Below are positions 54,909 through 64,000 of a stretch of 64,000 nt of DNA, piece after piece; positions within the stretch are counted from its first letter, which is position 1; each line of letters opens with the position of its first letter. Source of the stretch: Nannocystales bacterium (GTDB lineage: Bacteria; Myxococcota_A; Polyangia; Nannocystales; Nannocystaceae); the NCBI GenBank assembly GCA_050633305.1, contig JBOEGF010000027.1, forward strand, positions 159,403 to 223,402, read 5' to 3'. The notes under the pieces were generated by a model, which saw nothing but the letters and a program-made list of their open reading frames with translations, ran no database searches and had not been told where the DNA came from. The position numbers and the translations under genes were made by a program.

Positions 54909-56039
54909 ATGGGAGCGCGGGTTCTGGTCGTCGACGACGACCCTTGGATTCTCCGCATGGTCACCGCGACGCTGCAAAAGCGTGACTACGTGGTGGACAC
55001 TGCGCGAGAAGGTCGACAAGCGCTTCAGCGCGCGAGTGCGAACCCGCCGGACGTGATCATCTCCGACGTGATGATGCCGGTCATGGACGGGTGGACCTTC
55101 GTCGAGCAACTCCGCCGCGACCCGAGGCTCTCGACCATCCCGGTCATCTTCCTCACCGCACTGGGCAAGGACGAGGCTCGCATCGCGGAGTTGGGCCTCA
55201 GCCCCGACGACTTTCTCGCGAAGCCGTTCCGGTTCGACGCGCTCGAGAAACGCGTCGCGGCTGCGCTCGCGAAGCCTGCGGCGGCACCGGTTCAGCCACA
55301 TCCGCAAGCGGCGATGCCGGCCCACCCAAACGCCAACCCAAACGCCAACCCACACGCCAACCCAAACGCTAACGTCGATCCGTATGCGCCTCCCCCAGGC
55401 TCGACGCCTGTCCCAGGTACATACGGTGGCCAGCCCGCCCCTGCCGCGCGTCCGGCCTACACCTCCCCGGGTGCGTACGGAGCCGCCGCCGCTCCTGCGC
55501 CGAGTCCTGGGTACGCAGCACCGCAAGCACCAGTGGCACCGGCTGCGCCCGAAGAGCCTCCCGTCGGCGGGTTCGCTCCAGACTTCCCGGCCCGTCAGGT
55601 CGAGGCTGTACCCCCACACCAAGAGCCTCTGCGCGCGCCCCCAAAAACCGCCGAGGTCCGGGCCGCGGCCGCGGGGACCGAGCCGCGGCGCACACGGAGA
55701 ACCACGGCCCTCAACGGTCGGCTCGAACAACTCCAGCTCTCGAGCCTGCTCGTGATGATGGAGATGGAACGCAAGGACGGTCTCCTGGCCCTCAAGGACA
55801 GTCGGACCGGTGTCGTCGGCCGCATCTTCCTCCGGCGAGGTCAGGTCATCTGCGCAAAGCTGGGTGACAACGACACGGGTAAAGAGTGTGTCTACGACAT
55901 GCTCGGGTGGAAGGCTGGCACATTCAGCTTCAACGCGATGGAAGTCGAAATGGAGGACACCATCAACTCCTCCACGACGCATCTCCTGATGGAGGGTGCT
56001 CGGTTGATCGACGAAGCCAATCGCGAAGAAGGGTTCTGA
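54909..56039 (+). CDS. Response regulator with Pro-rich linker and DUF4388-like domain
   Basis: VLVVDDD, SDVMMP; LNGRLEQLQLSSLL...GRIFL..GQV...W..GTFSF...LLMEGAR..DE. Confidence 0.85.
   Translation: MGARVLVVDDDPWILRMVTATLQKRDYVVDTAREGRQALQRASANPPDVIISDVMMPVMDGWTFVEQLRRDPRLSTIPVIFLTALGKDEARIAELGLSPDDFLAKPFRFDALEKRVAAALAKPAAAPVQPHPQAAMPAHPNANPNANPHANPNANVDPYAPPPGSTPVPGTYGGQPAPAARPAYTSPGAYGAAAAPAPSPGYAAPQAPVAPAAPEEPPVGGFAPDFPARQVEAVPPHQEPLRAPPKTAEVRAAAAGTEPRRTRRTTALNGRLEQLQLSSLLVMMEMERKDGLLALKDSRTGVVGRIFLRRGQVICAKLGDNDTGKECVYDMLGWKAGTFSFNAMEVEMEDTINSSTTHLLMEGARLIDEANREEGF
55325..55372 (+). repeat. 12-bp coding tandem repeat x4 (PNAN)
   Basis: cccaaacgccaa units with single substitutions. Confidence 0.85.
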
Positions 56040-56045
56040 GATTCG

Positions 56046-56576
56046 GTGGCCAACCCAAACGACGGCCACCCAGACGGCCAAACAGACAGCCAAGACGGGT
56101 GGAATGGGGAACCCGGCGAGGAACGGGCCGCCCCCACGATGGGTGGCGCAGACGAGCTGCTGGATGTCTTGCCGGATAGAAGCCCCGCCGAGGGTGCATT
56201 CGCAGGCTATGCGGGCTCACAAAAGGTCCGCTGGTTCATCGGCTCCGCGATGGCACTGGGTGCTGTCGGAGCGATCTGGGGCGGGTTCTGGTACGCAGAC
56301 TACGTTCGTCAGCAAGCGCGCCGCGGCATCAAGCCCGAGTACAGCACCCCACGCACCGACATCTCCACGGAGGACCGGACCATGCACTGGGACAGCGGCT
56401 CCGCACGGCTGGGCCTCGCGAGCGACGGGGTGAACCTCATCGTGTTGCCCGACCGAGAGCTCAGGCTCGCCGAGGGTTACGACAGCGCGCAGGTCAGCGT
56501 ACGCGTGGAAGACGGACGCACCGTGAAGCTTCGGATCCTGACCGGGCGCATTGACGTCACCCGCACGGACAAGTGA
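56046..56576 (+). CDS. Hypothetical single-TM protein
   Basis: 176-aa ORF directly after the regulator, one TM. Confidence 0.65.
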   Translation: MANPNDGHPDGQTDSQDGWNGEPGEERAAPTMGGADELLDVLPDRSPAEGAFAGYAGSQKVRWFIGSAMALGAVGAIWGGFWYADYVRQQARRGIKPEYSTPRTDISTEDRTMHWDSGSARLGLASDGVNLIVLPDRELRLAEGYDSAQVSVRVEDGRTVKLRILTGRIDVTRTDK

Positions 56577-56578
56577 CC

Positions 56579-57628
56579 TCAGAGCCCGTCGTCGTCGGGC
56601 AGTTGCACGATGTCGGCGAGCATCTTTGGCCAGGGCGCAGAGAACCGCATTCGCTCGCCAGACTCGGGGTGTGGAACCTCGAGCACGTGGGCGTGCAACG
56701 CCTGACGGGGCAACCCCACCGTCTCGGAGACCTCCTCCATGCTCAGCAGACCATCGGCCATCTCCCGAAAGAGTCGCTCGTCGACCCCATAGAGTTTGTC
56801 CCCCAGCAGCGGAGCGCCATGCAGTGCGAGGTGAACCCGAATCTGATGCTGGCGCCCGGTCAGCGGGACGCAACGAACCAGCGTGACCGGGTCACCGCGA
56901 AACGTTGCGTGCACCATGGGGACGACGTCGGTCTGTGCGTGGGCACCCCCGTCTTCGATCGACACCGCGCCCATCTTGATGTTGATGCTCGAGTGGGGAT
57001 CGAACGCCAGCGGAATATCGATCCGCACCGCCTCGTCGACGGTCCCCCGGGCGATCGCGAGGTACTCCTTGTGAACCTCCCGCCGTGCGAACGACCGCTT
57101 GAGGACACCGGCCGGAGACGGCGGGTCCCGGCGCGAACGCACCGCCGTGCCCCGGGCGAGCGCCAGCACGCCGGAGGTTTCTCGGTCGATGCGATGCGCC
57201 ATCTGCCAGGGGTGGTCCACCCCGAGCCGCGTCCGCATGACCGCGGTGAGGGTGTGACGGTGGTATCGAGCCGTGGGGTGGACCGGCAAACCCGAGGGCT
57301 TGTCGATGACCATCAAGGACGCATCGCGGTAGAGTTCCTCGTAGTGCAGCGGAACATCGGGTTCCTCGGGAGCCGGCCGACGCAGAATGAGCGTGTCTGC
57401 GGTGCGCACCCTATGCGAGGGCCGCGTGATGACCGCACCTCCCTCGACCCGAAGTTGTCCCAGCCCGATGATCGACTGAATCCGCGTGCGTGAGAGTCGG
57501 CGGATTCGGACCTGAAGGAACCGATCGACGCGATATCCGTTCAACCCCTCCTCGACCACGAACCGAATCTCGATCCAATCGGGGTCAGCAGCCTCCCTGG
57601 GCGGTTTGGGGTATAGTGTAGGCGTCAT
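56579..57628 (-). CDS. RluA-family pseudouridine synthase with S4 domain
   Basis: RVDRFL..LSRTRIQ, DKPSGLPVHP, HRIDRETSG, TGRQHQIRVH, QALHA; start uncertain. Confidence 0.92.
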   Translation of the reverse strand: MTPTLYPKPPREAADPDWIEIRFVVEEGLNGYRVDRFLQVRIRRLSRTRIQSIIGLGQLRVEGGAVITRPSHRVRTADTLILRRPAPEEPDVPLHYEELYRDASLMVIDKPSGLPVHPTARYHRHTLTAVMRTRLGVDHPWQMAHRIDRETSGVLALARGTAVRSRRDPPSPAGVLKRSFARREVHKEYLAIARGTVDEAVRIDIPLAFDPHSSINIKMGAVSIEDGGAHAQTDVVPMVHATFRGDPVTLVRCVPLTGRQHQIRVHLALHGAPLLGDKLYGVDERLFREMADGLLSMEEVSETVGLPRQALHAHVLEVPHPESGERMRFSAPWPKMLADIVQLPDDDGL

Positions 57629-58265
57629 GAGCACCAAAGCCGGCAAAGACAACAATCCCAACGCTTCCGGCCCCGGGGATGAAAGCAGCGAGGGAGGACT
57701 CGTTCCGGCGATTCTAGCCGGTGCTGGCATCCTCGCGTTGGTCGGTTTGCTTGTGTTCTGGCCCTCGGGTGACGACGACGCCCAGGGCTCGAAGAAGAAG
57801 GATGGGGCGGTCGCCGATGGACGCGGCAAGGGGTCCCGGACCAACGGCGGGAAGAACAAACCCGATGCACGCGGCGCTGGCGGCGTGGCGGCACGCAGCG
57901 TCGACGACGCGACCCCGGGTGGATCTGCCGCGGTCGGGAAGGTGAACCCTCGCATGCTGCCCAAAACGGTCGGTATGGCACCGGGCCTACCCGCCGAAGA
58001 GCCCCCGCCAAAGTTCAAGAACGTCGAGGACGAGATCGCCTGGTACGAGACCAAGCTCGATGCGGCGAACACCCAGGTTGAAGCGCGGCAGAAGAACGTC
58101 GCACGTCTCGCCAAGGTGAAGCAAAACGCCGAGGACAGCCCCGACACCGCGACTGCCCTGGCTCGCTACGAGAAGAGCAAGAAGATCGTCGAGGACAACC
58201 TCGCAAAAGCCGAAGCCAAGGTGACGACGATCGAGAAAAAGCTCGCGGACCTCCGCGGCGAGTAA
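57627..58265 (+). CDS. Membrane-anchored coiled-coil hypothetical protein
   Basis: One TM followed by a C-terminal coiled coil. Confidence 0.75.
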   Translation: MSTKAGKDNNPNASGPGDESSEGGLVPAILAGAGILALVGLLVFWPSGDDDAQGSKKKDGAVADGRGKGSRTNGGKNKPDARGAGGVAARSVDDATPGGSAAVGKVNPRMLPKTVGMAPGLPAEEPPPKFKNVEDEIAWYETKLDAANTQVEARQKNVARLAKVKQNAEDSPDTATALARYEKSKKIVEDNLAKAEAKVTTIEKKLADLRGE

Positions 58266-58329
58266 CCGCCGCACCTCCCGATCGCTCGGCGGCTTGTTCC
58301 CCTGCTTGTTCACAGGCAGGGTGCGAAGG

Positions 58330-60288
58330 ATGAAGCGAGCCAGGTTTCAATCGATCGGCTGCAGCGTCGGGTTGCTCGCACTGTCGATGCTGGGCTGCCG
58401 GCCGCAGACGGAGCCCGCGCCCCCCGTCGCCACCCCCCCGCTCGCCGAAGCGTCAGCCGAGTCGATCGCCGCCGCCGAGCCCGACGGCAAAGCAGCACTC
58501 GCCGAGTACATCGCAGCGAACTACGACAAACGCGAGTCGCAGGTCGCGATGCGCGACGGCGTGAAGCTCTTCACCACCGTCTACACCCCGAAGAGTCCAT
58601 CCGGGCCCGTCCCGGTCATGCTCAAGCGGACCCCCTATTCGGTCTCCCCGTATGGCGAGGGACAGATGCCGACCAGCATGGGTCCCAGCGAGGCAATCGC
58701 GCGCAAGGGCTGGATCTTCGTCTACCAGGACGTACGAGGACGGTTCATGTCCGAGGGACGGTTCCTCAACATGACGCCCCATGTCTCCGACGCCGATCCG
58801 AAGGCCGTCGACGAGAGCACGGATACCTACGACACCATCGCGTGGGTGCTCGACAACGTGCAGGGACACAATGGACGAGTGGGCCAGTGGGGCATCTCGT
58901 ACCCCGGATTCTACGCGGCGGCCGGCATGATCAATGCCCACCCTGCCCTGCGGGCCGTCTCTCCGCAGGCTCCGATCGCCGACTGGTTCTTCGACGACTT
59001 CCACCACCACGGCGCCTTCTTCCTTCCGCACGCGTTCAACTTCCTGGCCGTGTTCGGACAGAAACGACGCGGTGTGACCACGCAGTGGCCCCCGCGATTT
59101 CAGCACGGGACGACCGACGGCTATGCCTTCTTCGACGCCCTCGGACCCCTCAAGAACGCGAACGCTCGCTACCTGCACGGTGAGATCGCGTTCTGGAACG
59201 CAATCACGGAGCACCCGAACTACGACGAGTTTTGGAAGTCCCGCAACTTGCTCCCTCACCTGCACGACGTCGCACCCGCGGTGATGACCGTCGGGGGGTG
59301 GTTTGATGCGGAAGACCTCTACGGCCCACTCCACATCTACGAAGCGATCGAAGCGAAGAACTCAGACGCCGACAACATGCTCGTGATGGGACCCTGGCCC
59401 CATGGAGGCTGGGCCCGAACCTCGGGGCGACGCCTGGGCAACATCGATTTTGGCGCGGATACGTCGGTCTTCTACCAAGCCGAGATCGAGGCTCGATTCT
59501 TCGAGCATCATCTCGCTGACGGGCCGGATCCACAGTTGCCCGAAGCCTACGTTTTCGAGACCGGGCGCAATCGCTGGCGGCAGTTCGAGGCGTGGCCTCC
59601 CCGCACTGATGACCGCACGCTGTACTTCGCAGACGGCGTGCTCACGAGTGCCAAGCCGACCGCGAAGTCGGCGTCGGACGCCTACGTCAGCGACCCCGAG
59701 CATCCCGTCCCCTTCACCGAAGAGATCGCGGACCGGATGACCCGGGAGTACATGACGGACGACCAGCGCTTCGCCGCCCGACGCCCGGACGTGCTGACCT
59801 ACCGCAGCGAAGCTCTCACGGAGTCCGTCACGATCGCGGGACCGCTGTCTGCGACCCTTCACGTCTCCACAACGGGCCGCGACGCCGACTTCATCGTGAA
59901 GCTCATCGATGTCTTCCCCGACGACGCGACCATGCCCGACGCTGAAGGCACGCTCAAAGCGATTTCCGGCTACCAGATGATGGTGCGCTCCGAGGTCTTC
60001 CGCGCCCGGTTCCGCGACGACTATGCCGTGCCCAAGCCGATGAAACCCGGGCGTGTCGAGACCGTCGAGGTGCCCCTGCAGGATGTCCTGCACACCTTCG
60101 AACCCGGGCACCGCATCATGATCCAGGTCCAGAGCACCTGGTTCCCGCTGGTCGATCGCAACCCGCAGTCGTGGGTCGAGAACATCTTCGACGCCGACGA
60201 AGCGGACTTCATCCCCGCCACGCACACGCTGTGGCGGGATGCCGCGCACGCCTCGCACATCTCGTTCGGCGAGCTGCCTGCGGGCTGA
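58330..60288 (+). CDS. CocE/NonD family hydrolase, lipoprotein
   Basis: MRDGVKL, RTPY, QDVRGRFMSEG, nucleophile GISYPG, GPWPHG. Confidence 0.92.
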   Translation: MKRARFQSIGCSVGLLALSMLGCRPQTEPAPPVATPPLAEASAESIAAAEPDGKAALAEYIAANYDKRESQVAMRDGVKLFTTVYTPKSPSGPVPVMLKRTPYSVSPYGEGQMPTSMGPSEAIARKGWIFVYQDVRGRFMSEGRFLNMTPHVSDADPKAVDESTDTYDTIAWVLDNVQGHNGRVGQWGISYPGFYAAAGMINAHPALRAVSPQAPIADWFFDDFHHHGAFFLPHAFNFLAVFGQKRRGVTTQWPPRFQHGTTDGYAFFDALGPLKNANARYLHGEIAFWNAITEHPNYDEFWKSRNLLPHLHDVAPAVMTVGGWFDAEDLYGPLHIYEAIEAKNSDADNMLVMGPWPHGGWARTSGRRLGNIDFGADTSVFYQAEIEARFFEHHLADGPDPQLPEAYVFETGRNRWRQFEAWPPRTDDRTLYFADGVLTSAKPTAKSASDAYVSDPEHPVPFTEEIADRMTREYMTDDQRFAARRPDVLTYRSEALTESVTIAGPLSATLHVSTTGRDADFIVKLIDVFPDDATMPDAEGTLKAISGYQMMVRSEVFRARFRDDYAVPKPMKPGRVETVEVPLQDVLHTFEPGHRIMIQVQSTWFPLVDRNPQSWVENIFDADEADFIPATHTLWRDAAHASHISFGELPAG

Positions 60289-60311
60289 GCCGATATCCGG
60301 GCGAGCTCGAG

Positions 60312-61223
60312 TTAGACCCCGGGGAGCGCGGTCTGCATCAGCGCGTCGTAGACCTGCGCGCGCGGCGTTCCCCCATCCACCATCGCGCGAGCATGGGCGA
60401 GCTCTTCGTCGATCAGCTCCGCAAAGCTGTCGAAGGGTCGCGCGCCAGAGAGGAAACGGCCGTTGACGAAGAACGCAGGAGTTCCCCGGGCCCCCAACTT
60501 CTGCGACTGCGCCTGCTGGTCCTTGATCTTCTGCTTCAGCCCCTGGTCTCGAAGGTCCCGCTTGAACTGCTTGCGGTTGAGCCGCAGCTTCTTGGCGTAC
60601 CGAAGCAGGTCCTTCTCTTCGAGCTGCTTCTGATTGTCGAACAGCAGGTCGTGCATCTTCCAGAACTTCCCCTGTCGCCCCGCGGCCTCGCTCGCCATCG
60701 CTGCGGGCATCGCCGCCTGGTGGAACGCAAGTGGGTTGTGCTTGAAGACCAGCCGGACGTCCTGGCCGTATTCCTTGACGACCTTGTCCATCGTATCTGC
60801 CGCACGGGAGCAGTACGGACACTGGAAGTCCTCGAACATGACAATGGTGACCAACGCGTCGGAGGGCCCCTTGGTTTGGGCGTCGCCAACCGTCGCTGCG
60901 TAGCGAGCCGCGGGATCGGGACGTCCTTGCTGTGCCTTCTTGGAGGGCGCAGGCCTCTTGTCCACCTCGAGGTCGGTGACACGCGTCGAGAGGTCGTCGG
61001 TGACCCCGCGTGCTCGTCGTCGCTCGATGGCCGCAGTGTCGGCATCGGCCTGCATCGCGCGCTGCTCCGCTTCGACCAACTCGAGTTGAGCCACGAGCGC
61101 CTGGTGTTCCTGCTCCATCGCCGTCAGCCGAGACTCGAGGCTGTTCGCGTCAGACTTCGCGGGGCGACACGCTGCGAGCAGAACCAGCGAGAGACCGAAC
61201 GAAACGTAGGCGCCACGTACCAT
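60312..61223 (-). CDS. DsbA/thioredoxin-fold lipoprotein
   Basis: Lipobox LAAC; coiled coil; DFQCPYC, GTPAFFVNG. Confidence 0.9.
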   Translation of the reverse strand: MVRGAYVSFGLSLVLLAACRPAKSDANSLESRLTAMEQEHQALVAQLELVEAEQRAMQADADTAAIERRRARGVTDDLSTRVTDLEVDKRPAPSKKAQQGRPDPAARYAATVGDAQTKGPSDALVTIVMFEDFQCPYCSRAADTMDKVVKEYGQDVRLVFKHNPLAFHQAAMPAAMASEAAGRQGKFWKMHDLLFDNQKQLEEKDLLRYAKKLRLNRKQFKRDLRDQGLKQKIKDQQAQSQKLGARGTPAFFVNGRFLSGARPFDSFAELIDEELAHARAMVDGGTPRAQVYDALMQTALPGV

Positions 61224-61283
61224 GGCCCGGAGTCTACCCCCTGAGACGCCTTCGCTCCTCGCCGCACATGGGGCCAAACCAAT

Positions 61284-61321
61284 GACAACGCCACCTCCGG
61301 AAGGACCGGGGTGGCGTTGTC
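61284..61321 (-). terminator. Hairpin downstream of ahcY
   Basis: GACAACGCCACC/GGTGGCGTTGTC 12-bp perfect stem; weak U-tract. Confidence 0.6.
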
Positions 61322-61338
61322 GACACAGCGGTGCTCGC

Positions 61339-62661
<1,323 letters not shown>

Positions 62662-62690
62662 TGTCTTGTTCCTCGGCCCGCGTGGGGGCC

Positions 62691-63158
62691 CTAGCCGTTG
62701 GCGTCGGAGGCGTGCCGATAGTGCGGCACCCACCCCGAGCTGTCCTTGAACAACCTCACGCAGCGGATGTGCTTGCGAGAGGTCAGAAGAAAGCGATGGT
62801 GAAGGTTGGCGGGGACCACGAGCAGGTCCCCGGGTTCGACGGTGACGCGCATCCAGCGATCGTCCTGGGAACGCAGATCGAAGATGCCCTCCCCCTCGAG
62901 AACACAGCGCACCTCGTCGTCGGTGTGCAGGTGCTCGTCGACGAACTTGGCGCAGACCGCGTCGAGGTTCGGTGTCTCGGGGTTGAGCTCGATGATGTCC
63001 TGCTCGACGTACCCACGCTGAGCCTTGAGTTCATCGAGTGCGGGCTGGAACGCGTCCGAGTCCAACTCGAGCTGCTCGGCGAGAACGCCCACGGCCTCGA
63101 GGTCGGCGGAGGAGATCGGCTCCTGGGTATCGTTGGGCTCCAGCCACTGCAGTTTCAT
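62691..63158 (-). CDS. mtnD: Acireductone dioxygenase
   Basis: [26 protein letters not shown]. Confidence 0.92.
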   Translation of the reverse strand: MKLQWLEPNDTQEPISSADLEAVGVLAEQLELDSDAFQPALDELKAQRGYVEQDIIELNPETPNLDAVCAKFVDEHLHTDDEVRCVLEGEGIFDLRSQDDRWMRVTVEPGDLLVVPANLHHRFLLTSRKHIRCVRLFKDSSGWVPHYRHASDANG

Positions 63159-63808
63159 GATGGGTCTCCAGCCAACCCGAGCCGATGCAGCTCGACGGTG
63201 GCGCGGAAAAGATAGTCCAAGCACTCGGCCTGCGTCTTCGCTTTCACCCACGTGTCTCCCCACACATAGACGCCGTGGCCCGCGACGATCACGGCGTCGA
63301 CGTCTCGGTGGGCTTCCATCGCTTCTGCCATCGACTCGGTGAGCTGCGCCTCGCGGGCTGTGTTCGCGATGATCGGGATACGTACCGTGTCAAAGCAGCC
63401 CTTTCCGCGCAGCCCTTTTTGCATCTCCAGGCCTGAAGTCACGAACTCGGAGGGCTCTCCCTGAGGTGAAAACAGCCTGGCGGCCAGTACGGCCCAGACC
63501 GAGTGACTGTGCAAGACGGCCCCCGCGCCTCGGGTCCGGAACGCGTTGAAGAACAGCGGCTGGCACTCGGAGACGCGCAGCTGCTCGTTCGCCGGCGCCT
63601 TCACCACCGAGCAACCGGACAGGTCGTGGCCGAGCACGAACACATCGGCCGGCGCGATGCGTTCTTTTTGGACGCCCGAGGGCGCCATGAAGATGCCGGC
63701 GTCCCCCTTGATCGAAATCCCGCCACCCGTTCCGGAGACCCAACCCAGGTCGTAGAACTGACGGCAGAGCTCGCAGATCAAGCTCGGGATGTCGGCGTCG
63801 GGCGTCAC
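63155..63808 (-). CDS. mtnB: Methylthioribulose-1-phosphate dehydratase
   Basis: GWVSGTGGGIS, APSGVQK, HSHS, HGVYVWG. Confidence 0.93.
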   Translation of the reverse strand: MTPDADIPSLICELCRQFYDLGWVSGTGGGISIKGDAGIFMAPSGVQKERIAPADVFVLGHDLSGCSVVKAPANEQLRVSECQPLFFNAFRTRGAGAVLHSHSVWAVLAARLFSPQGEPSEFVTSGLEMQKGLRGKGCFDTVRIPIIANTAREAQLTESMAEAMEAHRDVDAVIVAGHGVYVWGDTWVKAKTQAECLDYLFRATVELHRLGLAGDPS

Positions 63809-64000
63809 AGCGGCCGGACCCTAACGCGCAAACGCGGGCTTGTCTCGCGCCGCGTGGGTCCGGGTTCGGGACAGGAGGTCAGCTGGGCTGGCCCGGCCGA
63901 TGGTGCGGGCACTGGCGTACGGGGAGCGGGGGATACTTCGGCCAGCCCGAAGCCTGGTCGCTCATCCCGCAGCGCCAAAACGTGGACCCCTTCGCGCTGG

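Noticed and set aside
63945..63980. Possible SAH riboswitch upstream of mtnB-mtnD-ahcY (minus strand GCGCTGCG...CCAGGCT)
   Set aside because: Lacks the upstream GAGGA and the downstream AACGGCGCTC pseudoknot partner; it also lies at the window edge

Overview
GC-rich bacterial chromosomal window, most likely Myxococcota (Nannocystaceae-like). This is inferred from the MYXO-CTERM protein, Cys-rich repeat lipoproteins, three Ser/Thr kinase-TPR proteins and ECF sigma factors. Recognisable genes are scoAB, sixA/ppx, an atoE-like transporter, an isc Fe-S operon (iscS-iscU-iscA-hscB-hscA-fdx), carB-greA, an RluA synthase, a CocE/NonD hydrolase, DsbA proteins and mtnB-mtnD-ahcY. I saw no rRNA, tRNA, CRISPR array or mobile element. 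Best leads: (1) the isc operon is headed by a MerR-family regulator with a CxxC-x8-CxxC tail instead of IscR/Rrf2, and has operator-like repeats around a sigma70 promoter; (2) a divergent squalene-hopene-cyclase-like gene lacking DxDD is coupled to a squalene epoxidase-like gene; (3) at least 12 genes have a TAnnnT box 6-7 nt before the start codon, suggesting leaderless mRNAs; (4) the methionine-salvage/SAH operon looks eukaryote-like; (5) a kinase with a zinc anti-sigma motif sits head-to-head with an ECF sigma; (6) a degenerate TatC-like protein. All family calls are motif recognition by eye, not database searches. Many starts were moved downstream of the ORF-track starts.
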